A stretch of 64,000 bases of DNA from a virus. Its lineage: Duplodnaviria; Heunggongvirae; Uroviricota; Caudoviricetes. The notes under the pieces were generated by a model. It saw nothing but the letters and a program-made list of their open reading frames with translations. It had not been told where the DNA came from and did no database searches. A program made the position numbers and the translations under genes. The DNA is taken from IMG/VR virus record IMGVR_UViG_2974649431_000001, positions 92,282-156,281 of that record. The stretch is one strand, 5' to 3'. Below, piece by piece: positions 44,461 through 52,690 of the stretch (position 1 is its first letter; each line of letters opens with the position of its first letter).

Positions 44461-44905
44461 CAGTTTCCACTACCGCCTGCTCGCCGACTGGTGGGAAATC
44501 GACATGGACAGGCAATGTCGCACCCTGTGCCAGTATTTCTGGCATGTGGTGATGTACTCGTTCTTCACGCTCGCCCTGGCGGTCGTCGTGGGCTTCATGT
44601 CCTGGCTGTTTGCAACGGTCATGATTGCGGCGCCCCTCATGGTCGCATATTCTTTGCTGAGCGGTGGTCTGGCAGGGGACGGTCTCTGGGCCGCAGTCCT
44701 GGGGCTGGCGCTGGACGCTTGCGTGGCGTACTTCTGTTTCGAGGCTTACATGTGGAAGCGCCGCGGATCCGACGAAAACTCGCCGGTGCTTCCGATCGCA
44801 TCCAAGGCGGTGAAGTCCTTGCGTGAGTCCTGGATTGGCCAAGCATTCAAGGACTTCAAGGAGAAGCGCTGCAGCCTCATCGAGTATGTGGAGGTGCAGA
44901 AGTGA
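44444..44905 (+). CDS. membrane protein (153 aa)
   Basis: Three hydrophobic segments. Confidence 0.5.
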   Translation: MKIRTDSFHYRLLADWWEIDMDRQCRTLCQYFWHVVMYSFFTLALAVVVGFMSWLFATVMIAAPLMVAYSLLSGGLAGDGLWAAVLGLALDACVAYFCFEAYMWKRRGSDENSPVLPIASKAVKSLRESWIGQAFKDFKEKRCSLIEYVEVQK

Positions 44906-45798
44906 ACGTCACGCCTCAATCCATGCGCGCATACCTGGAAGACGCGCGCAGCAAGGGACTGGTCTCCATGAAGGAGTGCCCCAACCATCCCGGCCTGTAC
45001 GTGCTGAAGTACAGCAAGAAAGTCTTCTACAAAGACCTGTGGGACGACCACCTGGAGGAAAGCCGCGGTACCATTGTGGACGCCGACTTCAACCCCGTGG
45101 TGCTGCCCTTCCGCAAGATCTACAACTTCGGCATCGAAAAGCGTGCCCCGCACTTCGACGACGATGAGCTCGTCATGGTGCATCCCAAGGTCAACGGCTT
45201 CATGGCGGCGATCACGCCCTACAAGGGTCAGCTCATCTACTCCACCACGGGCTCCACGACGTCCGACTTCGTCGACTACATCAAGGAGCTCGCGTCGGCA
45301 TACAAGCTGGAAGGTCACCTGGAGGAGGGCACGACGTATCTGTTCGAGGCCTGCCATCCCAAGGACCCGCACGTGATCCCGGAAATGCCCGGCCTCTACT
45401 ACCTGGGGCAGCGTCGCACAGCCTTCGGCACTTCGGTGGTCCACGACGACGTGCTCGCAAGCGCGCTGGGCTGCTTCTACTATTGGCCGACGCCCTGTCG
45501 GGTGAGTGAGCTGAAGAACTGGGCGAAGCGTGCTAACCACGAGGGCTTCGTCTTCTACAGCATGACAGACCCCACGAAGGCGGCTAAAATCAAGTCGCCC
45601 TACTACCTCGCCACGAAGCTCTTCGGCCGGGCCTCCAATCTGGACGTCCTGCTGAATGGCAAAGCCAAGCTCATCATGGACGAGGAGTTCTACCCGCTGA
45701 TCGACATGGTCCGGGAGAACAAGGAAGAATTTTCGTCCATGGACGAGCAAACCCGCATGGCATGGTGCCGTGCACACCTGGAGACCCTGATCAAGTGA
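44902..45798 (+). CDS. putative ATP-dependent RNA ligase
   Basis: KVNG (nucleotidyltransferase motif I KxDG/KxNG) in HPKVNGFMAAI. Size and context (adjacent polynucleotide kinase) as in T4 rnl/pnk. Confidence 0.5.
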   Translation: MNVTPQSMRAYLEDARSKGLVSMKECPNHPGLYVLKYSKKVFYKDLWDDHLEESRGTIVDADFNPVVLPFRKIYNFGIEKRAPHFDDDELVMVHPKVNGFMAAITPYKGQLIYSTTGSTTSDFVDYIKELASAYKLEGHLEEGTTYLFEACHPKDPHVIPEMPGLYYLGQRRTAFGTSVVHDDVLASALGCFYYWPTPCRVSELKNWAKRANHEGFVFYSMTDPTKAAKIKSPYYLATKLFGRASNLDVLLNGKAKLIMDEEFYPLIDMVRENKEEFSSMDEQTRMAWCRAHLETLIK

Positions 45799-46070
45799 CC
45801 CAAGCACAGAAACCCGTCCTCGTCATCTACGAATTCGTCCCGGAGGAAGCAACTCTGTGGAGTGTGCCCGCAGACTTCTTCACGGAAGCCGAGTGGAAAG
45901 TCTTCGCGGGCACCTACCAGAACACCACGACCATCACTGATGAGGAAATGGCCCTCCACGATCGGTTCAACGTGATCAACGAAGAAGGCAATGTGGCGAC
46001 GAAGCTGGAGGGCTCGATCTTCGATGCCAGCCAGTTCAGCAAGGTCGTCATTGCGGGCTTCATCCTCTGA
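45795..46070 (+). CDS. hypothetical protein (91 aa)
   Basis: GTG start overlapping the upstream TGA. Confidence 0.4.
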   Translation: MTQAQKPVLVIYEFVPEEATLWSVPADFFTEAEWKVFAGTYQNTTTITDEEMALHDRFNVINEEGNVATKLEGSIFDASQFSKVVIAGFIL

Positions 46071-46522
46071 TGGACGAGACGACTCTGACCATCTTCCGTG
46101 GGTTGCCCGGCAGCGGCAAGTCCACCCTGGCGAAGAAGATCTGTCCGCGCGTCTACGAAGCCGACCAGTTCTTCCTGGGGCTGGACGGCAGCTACCGTTT
46201 TGACCCCGAAATGGTGAGTCGCGCGCACCGGTGGTGTGCCAAGTCCGTCTATGCAGCACTTGCGCAGCGACAGACGGTGGGTGTAGCGAACACGAACACC
46301 ACTATCGCTGAGGTCATGCGCTACGCAGAGATGGGCGTGGAGGCGGGTGTGCGCATCGCGGTGTATGAGCTCACGGGCTCCTACGGCAGCGTCCACAATG
46401 TTCCTGATTTGGCAATGGAGAGGATGCGCGACCGCTGGGTGGACGGCACTACAATCGCCGACACGTTCAACGCGTACTATCCCCATTACACCAACTTCGT
46501 CTATGCGAGGGTTTCACGATGA
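46070..46522 (+). CDS. polynucleotide 5'-kinase (Pnk kinase domain only)
   Basis: LTIFRGLPGSGKSTLAKK vs T4 Pnk LTIGCPGSGKSTWAREF. About 150 aa, with no phosphatase domain. Confidence 0.65.
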   Translation: MDETTLTIFRGLPGSGKSTLAKKICPRVYEADQFFLGLDGSYRFDPEMVSRAHRWCAKSVYAALAQRQTVGVANTNTTIAEVMRYAEMGVEAGVRIAVYELTGSYGSVHNVPDLAMERMRDRWVDGTTIADTFNAYYPHYTNFVYARVSR

Positions 46523-46929
46523 AAGCTAAGTTTTACTCCCTGCCCGGTTTCCTGCAGCACGCGATTTACCACGCCATGGATCGCGAAGACTTCCCTATGG
46601 CCGCCTGGTCCGGCGCCGCCGAAAAAGTGATCGAGGCGAAACTGACCATCAAGGTCGAAGGGGACGCCGAGGAGTACGAAATCCCGGCACTGGACATCCT
46701 GGATCGGGTGCTCAACGAGCATGCAGATGCACGCATCAACAGGCGCGCACGTGAGATGGCCCAGGAAATGCTGGGCCTGGAAAAGATGAGCGCTCTGGCT
46801 GAGCGCATGCGTTGCAGCGCAGCGGCCATTGACAGTGCTGTCAGCGACCTGGAGAGGGTCAGCGACGAGGGCTTCAAGGACATCCATCCGGACGTCTATT
46901 GGGAATCGAGTAGCTCCCAGAACTGCTGA
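46519..46929 (+). CDS. hypothetical protein (136 aa)
   Basis: ORF. Confidence 0.5.
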   Translation: MKAKFYSLPGFLQHAIYHAMDREDFPMAAWSGAAEKVIEAKLTIKVEGDAEEYEIPALDILDRVLNEHADARINRRAREMAQEMLGLEKMSALAERMRCSAAAIDSAVSDLERVSDEGFKDIHPDVYWESSSSQNC

Positions 46930-47216
46930 TGGCTCAGCGCCCCGACGGATACCTGGTGGAGCACTGGCGAAACTCTGGTTTGGTGTTCTCAACAATGGTC
47001 CCTGGGAGTACCCCTCCCCCGGACTATGGACCCGACAAGAAGGTGATACCGCTGTACCGCGAAGCGCCACTGTTCAGGTCCATCTACAAGAATCCCGCTA
47101 CGCTGAAGGACTGCATTGCGGTGCGCTTCTTTGGCTGCAAATTTGAAGAGCTCGACGACGGCGAAGTAGCCGAAGTCGAAAAGACATTCGAGGCCCTCGT
47201 TGACTATGCACGATAG
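46929..47216 (+). CDS. hypothetical protein (95 aa)
   Basis: ORF. Confidence 0.45.
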   Translation: MAQRPDGYLVEHWRNSGLVFSTMVPGSTPPPDYGPDKKVIPLYREAPLFRSIYKNPATLKDCIAVRFFGCKFEELDDGEVAEVEKTFEALVDYAR

Positions 47217-47715
47217 ACTGAACGTAGATTTCATCCACCCGGAATCCGGATACAAGCGCTATGGCTGCCGGTGGGAAAAAGAAGAGCTGGACCGACTGAG
47301 GCAGCTCTTCACGAGTGGGATGGACCTCAGCCAGACCTGCAGGCAATTGGAACGGCCTCCTGGTGGCGTCATCCCCAAGCTCCTCCAACTCGGATTGATT
47401 GCCGAGCATGAACAATCCGGCGAATACATTCGCGTCAACCAACCCAAGGAAAACATCATGAACGAAACCACCATTCTCGCCAAAAGTTTCTCGCCGGATG
47501 CTTCGGTACCCACCATCGAAACCGTCGTGCGTATCAACGGTCGCGATGCCTCCCAGATGAGCAACGCAGACATTTTCAGGCTCATCGCCAAGCTGGAGAA
47601 GGAAGTGGACGTGCTCGACGTCATCCGGGTGCCCTCCAAAAAGATTCGCGCTGCCATCGAGAGCCTGGAAGAAGACATCAAGAAGCTGGCAGAGTACGTC
47701 GATGCGCGTGCCTGA
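47206..47715 (+). CDS. hypothetical protein (169 aa)
   Basis: ATG 47206 (the track used TTG 47200). Confidence 0.45.
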   Translation: MHDRLNVDFIHPESGYKRYGCRWEKEELDRLRQLFTSGMDLSQTCRQLERPPGGVIPKLLQLGLIAEHEQSGEYIRVNQPKENIMNETTILAKSFSPDASVPTIETVVRINGRDASQMSNADIFRLIAKLEKEVDVLDVIRVPSKKIRAAIESLEEDIKKLAEYVDARA

Positions 47716-48253
47716 TCCCTTCCTCGCCATGGAGGTGGCCTACGAATGGCACGCCTCCCAGACCAGGAAGTTCACCGGCGAGCCCTACGTCATTCACCTC
47801 GGTGAAGTCGCTGGGTTCGTTTCGAGTGCTACGACCAGCAAGGCCGCGATCTGCGCAGCCTGGCTCCATGACAGCATCGAAGACCAGGGCAAGACCTGGG
47901 ATGACATCGAGGCTCTCTTCGATGCCGAAGTCGCCGACTACGTGCTCGCCCTCACCGACCAGGAGGAGGGCAACAGTGCAGAGCGTCACACGGGTGCAGT
48001 CGAGCGGCTACGCAATGCACCCTACCTGGCTCAGGTCGTGAAGTGCGGCGACATCTACTCCAACACCAAGTCCATCGCCTCCCACGATCCCACGTGGGGC
48101 ATGTACTACGTGGAAAAGAAACTGGAAGTCCTGGACGCGATGATCCCGAGCCGTGCAAGGGCTTTCGCAAGGGAGGTCGCCTCGAGGGCTCTCTACCAAT
48201 GTGAACATTTCTTCGTCGAGCGCTGGCTGGCACAGCGTGCAGGAAAACTATGA
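47702..48253 (+). CDS. HD-domain phosphohydrolase
   Basis: H...HLGEV and AAWLHDSIED (HD motif). Confidence 0.55.
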   Translation: MRVPDPFLAMEVAYEWHASQTRKFTGEPYVIHLGEVAGFVSSATTSKAAICAAWLHDSIEDQGKTWDDIEALFDAEVADYVLALTDQEEGNSAERHTGAVERLRNAPYLAQVVKCGDIYSNTKSIASHDPTWGMYYVEKKLEVLDAMIPSRARAFAREVASRALYQCEHFFVERWLAQRAGKL

Positions 48254-48810
48254 GCGACATCTACTTCACTTCTGACCTTCACGCGTTCCACAAGAACATC
48301 ATGAAGTTCTGCCCGGCTACGCGCCACGGCGACAACGTCAGTGAGATGACGTCCATCCTCCTGGACCAAATCAACAAGACGGTGAAGCCAGGGGACACGC
48401 TCTACAACCTGGGCGATGTGAGCTTCGGAAGCGCCGCTCAGACCGAGGGTTTTCTGGGTGCCATTGCTTGCCGGAACCATCATCTGGTTTACGGGAACCA
48501 CGACCAGGTGATCCGCAAGAGCCCCAAGCTCCAGTCCCTGTTCGCGTCGGTGCAAACCGAACTGACGATCACGCACCGCAAGGTCGAGATCTACATGCAC
48601 CACTTCCCGCATCGCAGCTGGGACAAGAGCCACTATGGTGCCTTCCATCTGTATGGGCACCACCACGGGGCTCTGGAAGATGAGCCCTGGGGTCGCAGCA
48701 TGGACGTGGGCATCGACGCGCGCCCCTTCGGTGACATGAAGGTCTGGCACATCGATGAGGTCTTCCAGATTCTGGGTGCGCGCGAGCCCCTTGGGAAGTT
48801 TTCCGACTGA
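48250..48810 (+). CDS. calcineurin-like metallophosphoesterase
   Basis: Motifs DLHAFH, LGDVSFG, GNHD and HH...H. Confidence 0.65.
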   Translation: MSDIYFTSDLHAFHKNIMKFCPATRHGDNVSEMTSILLDQINKTVKPGDTLYNLGDVSFGSAAQTEGFLGAIACRNHHLVYGNHDQVIRKSPKLQSLFASVQTELTITHRKVEIYMHHFPHRSWDKSHYGAFHLYGHHHGALEDEPWGRSMDVGIDARPFGDMKVWHIDEVFQILGAREPLGKFSD

Positions 48811-49037
48811 TGTGGGCAGTCGTGGACGGGTGGCCGCTCTTGCTGAGGGCTCGGGCCACATATCACGAACGCAAGGCCGAGAGAACGGTAGCATACGCTG
48901 CTAAAATCAAAGCCAAGCAAGACACACGACAACGGAAATGTCAAGAAAAACTTTTGAAAAAGGCCGGCTCTACCTCGTCATCGGAGGGCCACTCAATCCC
49001 CGCTTCTGGAACATCGGCGCGACCGTCAGGTCTGTGA
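48810..49037 (+). CDS. questionable ORF (75 aa, low complexity)
   Basis: Overlaps 48938..49240 by 100 nt. One of the two is probably not expressed as annotated. Confidence 0.15.
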   Translation: MWAVVDGWPLLLRARATYHERKAERTVAYAAKIKAKQDTRQRKCQEKLLKKAGSTSSSEGHSIPASGTSARPSGL

Positions 49038-49240
49038 AGTCTCTGGAAGACGGTCTCTGGCTCTGCCGGCATGCCCAGGAGGGGAAGAAGCTGAAGGGGT
49101 CCGATGAAATGGGCTTTGCACCCATGCGTACCTCGTGGCTCATCGAGATTGCCGAAGGGGGTTCGACGGCAGAACTCCTGGGTGCAGCCAATGGTGGTCC
49201 CGGAGGAACGGGCGCCAAAGTCGAAGAAGCATTCGCATAG
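48938..49240 (+). CDS. hypothetical protein (100 aa)
   Basis: ORF; weak RBS. Confidence 0.35.
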   Translation: MSRKTFEKGRLYLVIGGPLNPRFWNIGATVRSVKSLEDGLWLCRHAQEGKKLKGSDEMGFAPMRTSWLIEIAEGGSTAELLGAANGGPGGTGAKVEEAFA

Positions 49241-49249
49241 AAAGGAAAT

Positions 49250-49645
49250 ATGAGCTACCTCTGCAAAAAACAGCATAAATCGAATTTCGCAGCCCTCCGT
49301 GGGCTAGTCATCGAGAAAATCGAAGGCCTGGAAGTCGATAGCGAACGCGTCGAGTTCCATACCGCCTGCGGACGTCTGTTCCAGATGTACCACGAGCAGA
49401 ACTGCTGCGAACACGTCTACATCGCGGACGTCGTAGGTGACGTGTACGACCTGGTCAAATCTCCCATCACCATGGCAGAAGAGTCCAGCCGGGAAGCAAC
49501 CATTCCTGAAGAAGTCTACGAGTCGGGGACCTGGACTTTCTACAAACTCGCGACCATCAAGGGGTATGTGGACATCCGCTGGCTGGGCAAGTCCAACGGC
49601 TACTACGGAGAAGGCGTGAGCTTCTTCGAAGTCAAGGGCGAATGA
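49250..49645 (+). CDS. hypothetical protein (131 aa)
   Basis: RBS AGAAAGGAAA. Confidence 0.5.
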   Translation: MSYLCKKQHKSNFAALRGLVIEKIEGLEVDSERVEFHTACGRLFQMYHEQNCCEHVYIADVVGDVYDLVKSPITMAEESSREATIPEEVYESGTWTFYKLATIKGYVDIRWLGKSNGYYGEGVSFFEVKGE

Positions 49646-49911
49646 GGAACCCCTTCCACGAGCTGAAGCTCGTTCAGCCCTTCTTCGATGACGTGGTTGC
49701 CCTGAAGAAGACTTTTGAAATCCGCCTGGACGATCGCCAGGACGGCTTTGAAGTCGGCGACATACTGCACCTGAAGGAGTGGACGCCCTCTGGGCATACC
49801 GGCCGTGAGGTCGTCATGCAGGTCACCTATGTCCTCCGAGGCCGCGACTATCCGGGCTATGGCCTCGACCCCAACTACGTCATCCTGTCCATCCAACCGA
49901 AGAAAGATTAA
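49642..49911 (+). CDS. ASCH-like (DUF3850) domain protein
   Basis: KKTFEIRLDDRQDGFEVGDILHLKEW...YVILSI matches the DUF3850/ASCH PUA-like pattern. Confidence 0.45.
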   Translation: MRNPFHELKLVQPFFDDVVALKKTFEIRLDDRQDGFEVGDILHLKEWTPSGHTGREVVMQVTYVLRGRDYPGYGLDPNYVILSIQPKKD

Positions 49912-50795
49912 TGACCACTGCATCCCAAGTCAAGCACGACGGCCGCTACCAAGAATACCTGGACCACGGATTCGTGGGCCTCATCAACCACATGGGCAGC
50001 GATGAGACCATCGAGTTCGCTACCCGCATGAGCTACGGCCAGGGCACGCGCCAAGTCAGCGACACGCGCGCACTGCTGCGCTACCTCGTGCGCCACTTCC
50101 ATACCAGCCCCATCGAAATGGGCGAAGTGGTCTTCCACATCAAGGTGCCCATCGCCATCATGCGTCAGCTGGTGCGTCACCGTACCGCCAAGATGAACGA
50201 GTACAGTGCGCGTTACAGTGAGCTGACGGACGAGGTGTATGTCCCTCCCGTCGATCGAATCCAGTTCCAGTCGACTACCAACAAGCAGGGTAGCGGCGAG
50301 GAAATGCCCATGGACCAGGTCGTCGAAATCCTGGAAGTCATGGAGTGTGCGTACGGCGACACGGACAGCGCCTATCGGCACCTTCTGGACATGGGGCTCA
50401 GCCGCGAGACTGCTCGCATGGTCATGCCCGTCGGCGGTTACACCGAAGTGGTCTGGAAGTGCGACCTGAAGAACTTCTTCCACATGGTCAAGCTCCGTAC
50501 CGATCCGCATGCGCAAGCTGAGATCCGCGACCTGGCGAACATCATGTACTCCATGGTTCGGCCGCTCTTCCCGCTGATCTGCCAGGCGTTCGAGGACTAC
50601 TGGCGAGACGGCGTCCACCTCAGTGTCTTCGAGTACGAAGCCCTGATGGACATCATCAGCAATGCTTTCGACAGCACCGCCGACCTGCAAGCCACCCTGG
50701 CTGCTGCGCTGCTGACAAGCGCAGAGCAGCGCAACCAGGCGCTGAGCAAGCGCGAGATCACCGAGTTCGTTACCCGTTTCACCCCCTCCATCTGA
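49911..50795 (+). CDS. thyX: flavin-dependent thymidylate synthase ThyX
   Basis: ThyX RHR-X7-S signature (LVRHRTAKMNEYSARYSE) and conserved upstream/downstream blocks. Confidence 0.85.
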   Translation: MTTASQVKHDGRYQEYLDHGFVGLINHMGSDETIEFATRMSYGQGTRQVSDTRALLRYLVRHFHTSPIEMGEVVFHIKVPIAIMRQLVRHRTAKMNEYSARYSELTDEVYVPPVDRIQFQSTTNKQGSGEEMPMDQVVEILEVMECAYGDTDSAYRHLLDMGLSRETARMVMPVGGYTEVVWKCDLKNFFHMVKLRTDPHAQAEIRDLANIMYSMVRPLFPLICQAFEDYWRDGVHLSVFEYEALMDIISNAFDSTADLQATLAAALLTSAEQRNQALSKREITEFVTRFTPSI

Positions 50796-50806
50796 AGGAC
50801 ATCACC

Positions 50807-51118
50807 ATGAGCCAAAACGCCGACTATGACAACGCCCTGAAAGCCGTGCGGGACTTCCCCACCGCTGCTCTCGAGAAGCTGCCGGAGGGCCCCACCGCGA
50901 TGAGCCAAAAGGAAGCGCAAACCTACCTGGATGCGATGTCCAAGGCTTACGAGAAGGTCGCCGGTCTCCTGGAAGACCGGATGGCGGAAGTCGCCCTGGC
51001 CTACAACCTCTACCTGTACCTGGGCGACTACGGCAGTGGTCGCACCCTGCTGCTGCAAGACGACGAGTGGACTGGCAAGTCCCGTGGTGAATGGATGAGC
51101 TCCAGCGAAGCCTGCTGA
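50807..51118 (+). CDS. hypothetical protein (103 aa)
   Basis: RBS after the thyX stop. Confidence 0.5.
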   Translation: MSQNADYDNALKAVRDFPTAALEKLPEGPTAMSQKEAQTYLDAMSKAYEKVAGLLEDRMAEVALAYNLYLYLGDYGSGRTLLLQDDEWTGKSRGEWMSSSEAC

Positions 51119-51141
51119 TGCTTTGCGGTAGCGCAAGTCGT

Positions 51142-51176
51142 TACCGCCTCTAGCCGCTTACAATAGCGGCTTTCCA
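51142..51176 (+). promoter_or_regulatory. hairpin containing a TTACAAT box upstream of the nucleotidyltransferase gene
   Basis: AGCCGC-ttacaat-GCGGCT stem-loop (51152-71) followed by TTCCAAT. Preceded by hairpin GCGGTA...TACCGC (51125-47). Confidence 0.35.
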
Positions 51177-51191
51177 ATGAGAGGATTTTTG

Positions 51192-52229
51192 ATGAGCAAC
51201 ATTCTTTTGGTCGGCAGCGCAGCACTGGAATTCCACAAGATCAAGACGGGACGCCCTCGTCAAGACCTCGACTTCATCTGCAGCGCTGCTGCATTCTCTG
51301 ATGCTGTGCGCCGCTACCGGATGGATCCTGAGACTCGGGGTGTCGTGAAGTCCATCATGCCGACCCTCGCTGGCCAGGCTGTGATCTGGCGGGATGGCAC
51401 CATCTGGGATGCGGAGTTCTTCGAGGGCGGCACCGATCCGGCGAAGGAGAGCGAATGGACTTTCCATCGTGGCGTTGTGTCGGCAACGGGGCATGTTGCA
51501 CACCTCCCGGGCATCGGTGAAGTCTCGGTGCCTGACATTGACTTCCTCTACATGCTCAAGATGAGCCACCGTTTCAAGAAGAACAGCAAGTTCTTCCGCA
51601 AGACGATGGACGACATCTTGCTGCTGCGGAGCTACGGCGCCGACATTGCTCCCGCAGACCAGAGTCTCTATGAGGCTCGGCAGAAGTGCACCTACACCTA
51701 CGGTCATCCCAAGCTGAACGTCGACAAGAAGTCGTTCTTCAAGGATGACGTCCCTTACCTGTACGATCACGACACCATCCACGAAGCTGTGGCCATCATG
51801 AGCAGACCTGCCTACACCCACTACATGGTGGACGGTGAGCAGGTCCTGACCTCCCGTACCAAGTTCGAAGCGCTTCCGCTGGAGGTTCGACTGCTGGGTG
51901 TGCTGGAAGAGTCCTACGTGCTGGCGCTGGAGCGCAGCATCATCCCGCACGCCAGCAGCCCTCGCAAGGCCTTCATGATGGCGCTGGAGAAGGTCTGCAC
52001 TTCCATCACCTCAGGGTGGTTCCGGGAGTTTGCGTGGGAGAACTACCACACGGTGGTTGCAATGTACGATCATTACGGCGGGGAAACGTTCGTGGAAAAG
52101 TTCAAGCTGGCTCTTGCGGCCGGCCGCATCGCCCCCTTCCGGGGAAGCATCTACGACAATGAACCAAAGCCCCAACAGAGCAATCACAGCAATCCTTCTG
52201 GCGAAGTCCACGCTCTCGTGGAAGCCTGA
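51192..52229 (+). CDS. Pol-beta-superfamily nucleotidyltransferase (N-terminal GS...DxD), unknown specificity
   Basis: LLVGSAALEFHKIKTGRPRQDLDF: the hG[GS]...D-h-D nucleotidyltransferase signature, ~10 residues from the N-terminus. 346 aa. Reminiscent of AbiEii/DUF1814 (GGTAL...RFSEDIDF) or MNT-type nucleotidyltransferases. Confidence 0.5.
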   Translation: MSNILLVGSAALEFHKIKTGRPRQDLDFICSAAAFSDAVRRYRMDPETRGVVKSIMPTLAGQAVIWRDGTIWDAEFFEGGTDPAKESEWTFHRGVVSATGHVAHLPGIGEVSVPDIDFLYMLKMSHRFKKNSKFFRKTMDDILLLRSYGADIAPADQSLYEARQKCTYTYGHPKLNVDKKSFFKDDVPYLYDHDTIHEAVAIMSRPAYTHYMVDGEQVLTSRTKFEALPLEVRLLGVLEESYVLALERSIIPHASSPRKAFMMALEKVCTSITSGWFREFAWENYHTVVAMYDHYGGETFVEKFKLALAAGRIAPFRGSIYDNEPKPQQSNHSNPSGEVHALVEA

Positions 52230-52659
52230 CGCTACAATCGCTGACTTCATCGGACAGCAGCAGTATTTGAAAGAATACCGCTCTGTCCATACCAGCCTCC
52301 CACGGCAGACCGGGAAGACGACAGCCATCCGATTGCTCGCTCGGCCCGGTGACATCGTCGTCTACCCAACCAGGTATCTCGTGCAGCGGAGCCGTACCCA
52401 AGGGCCCCACGGAAACGTCGATATCTGCAATCTTCAATCCCGAGAACGCATCACCGGCGTCCATGCTGTCGTCCTAAGCGAGCCGCTTGACTGCCTCCGA
52501 GGCCTTGCCTTCCCGGAAGACATGACCATCTGGTTCGACGAAGTGCCAGCGCGTGAAGCAAACCAATGGCTGAATGCCCACGCAGATTTTCTGTCGGCAA
52601 TTCGCGCTGTCCGCGAAGGATCTGTGTCCATCATCGGTCTCAGCACCGACTATAAGTAA
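52159..52659 (+). CDS. P-loop NTPase (Walker A) protein
   Basis: LPRQTGKTTAI Walker A. Start uncertain: ATG 52159 overlaps the upstream gene by 71 nt, and a TTG at ~52266 is an alternative. CGCTACAAT box at 52230. Confidence 0.4.
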   Translation: MNQSPNRAITAILLAKSTLSWKPDATIADFIGQQQYLKEYRSVHTSLPRQTGKTTAIRLLARPGDIVVYPTRYLVQRSRTQGPHGNVDICNLQSRERITGVHAVVLSEPLDCLRGLAFPEDMTIWFDEVPAREANQWLNAHADFLSAIRAVREGSVSIIGLSTDYK

Positions 52660-52690
52660 CCACCCGCCCCAGTCATCACAAGGAGAACAA

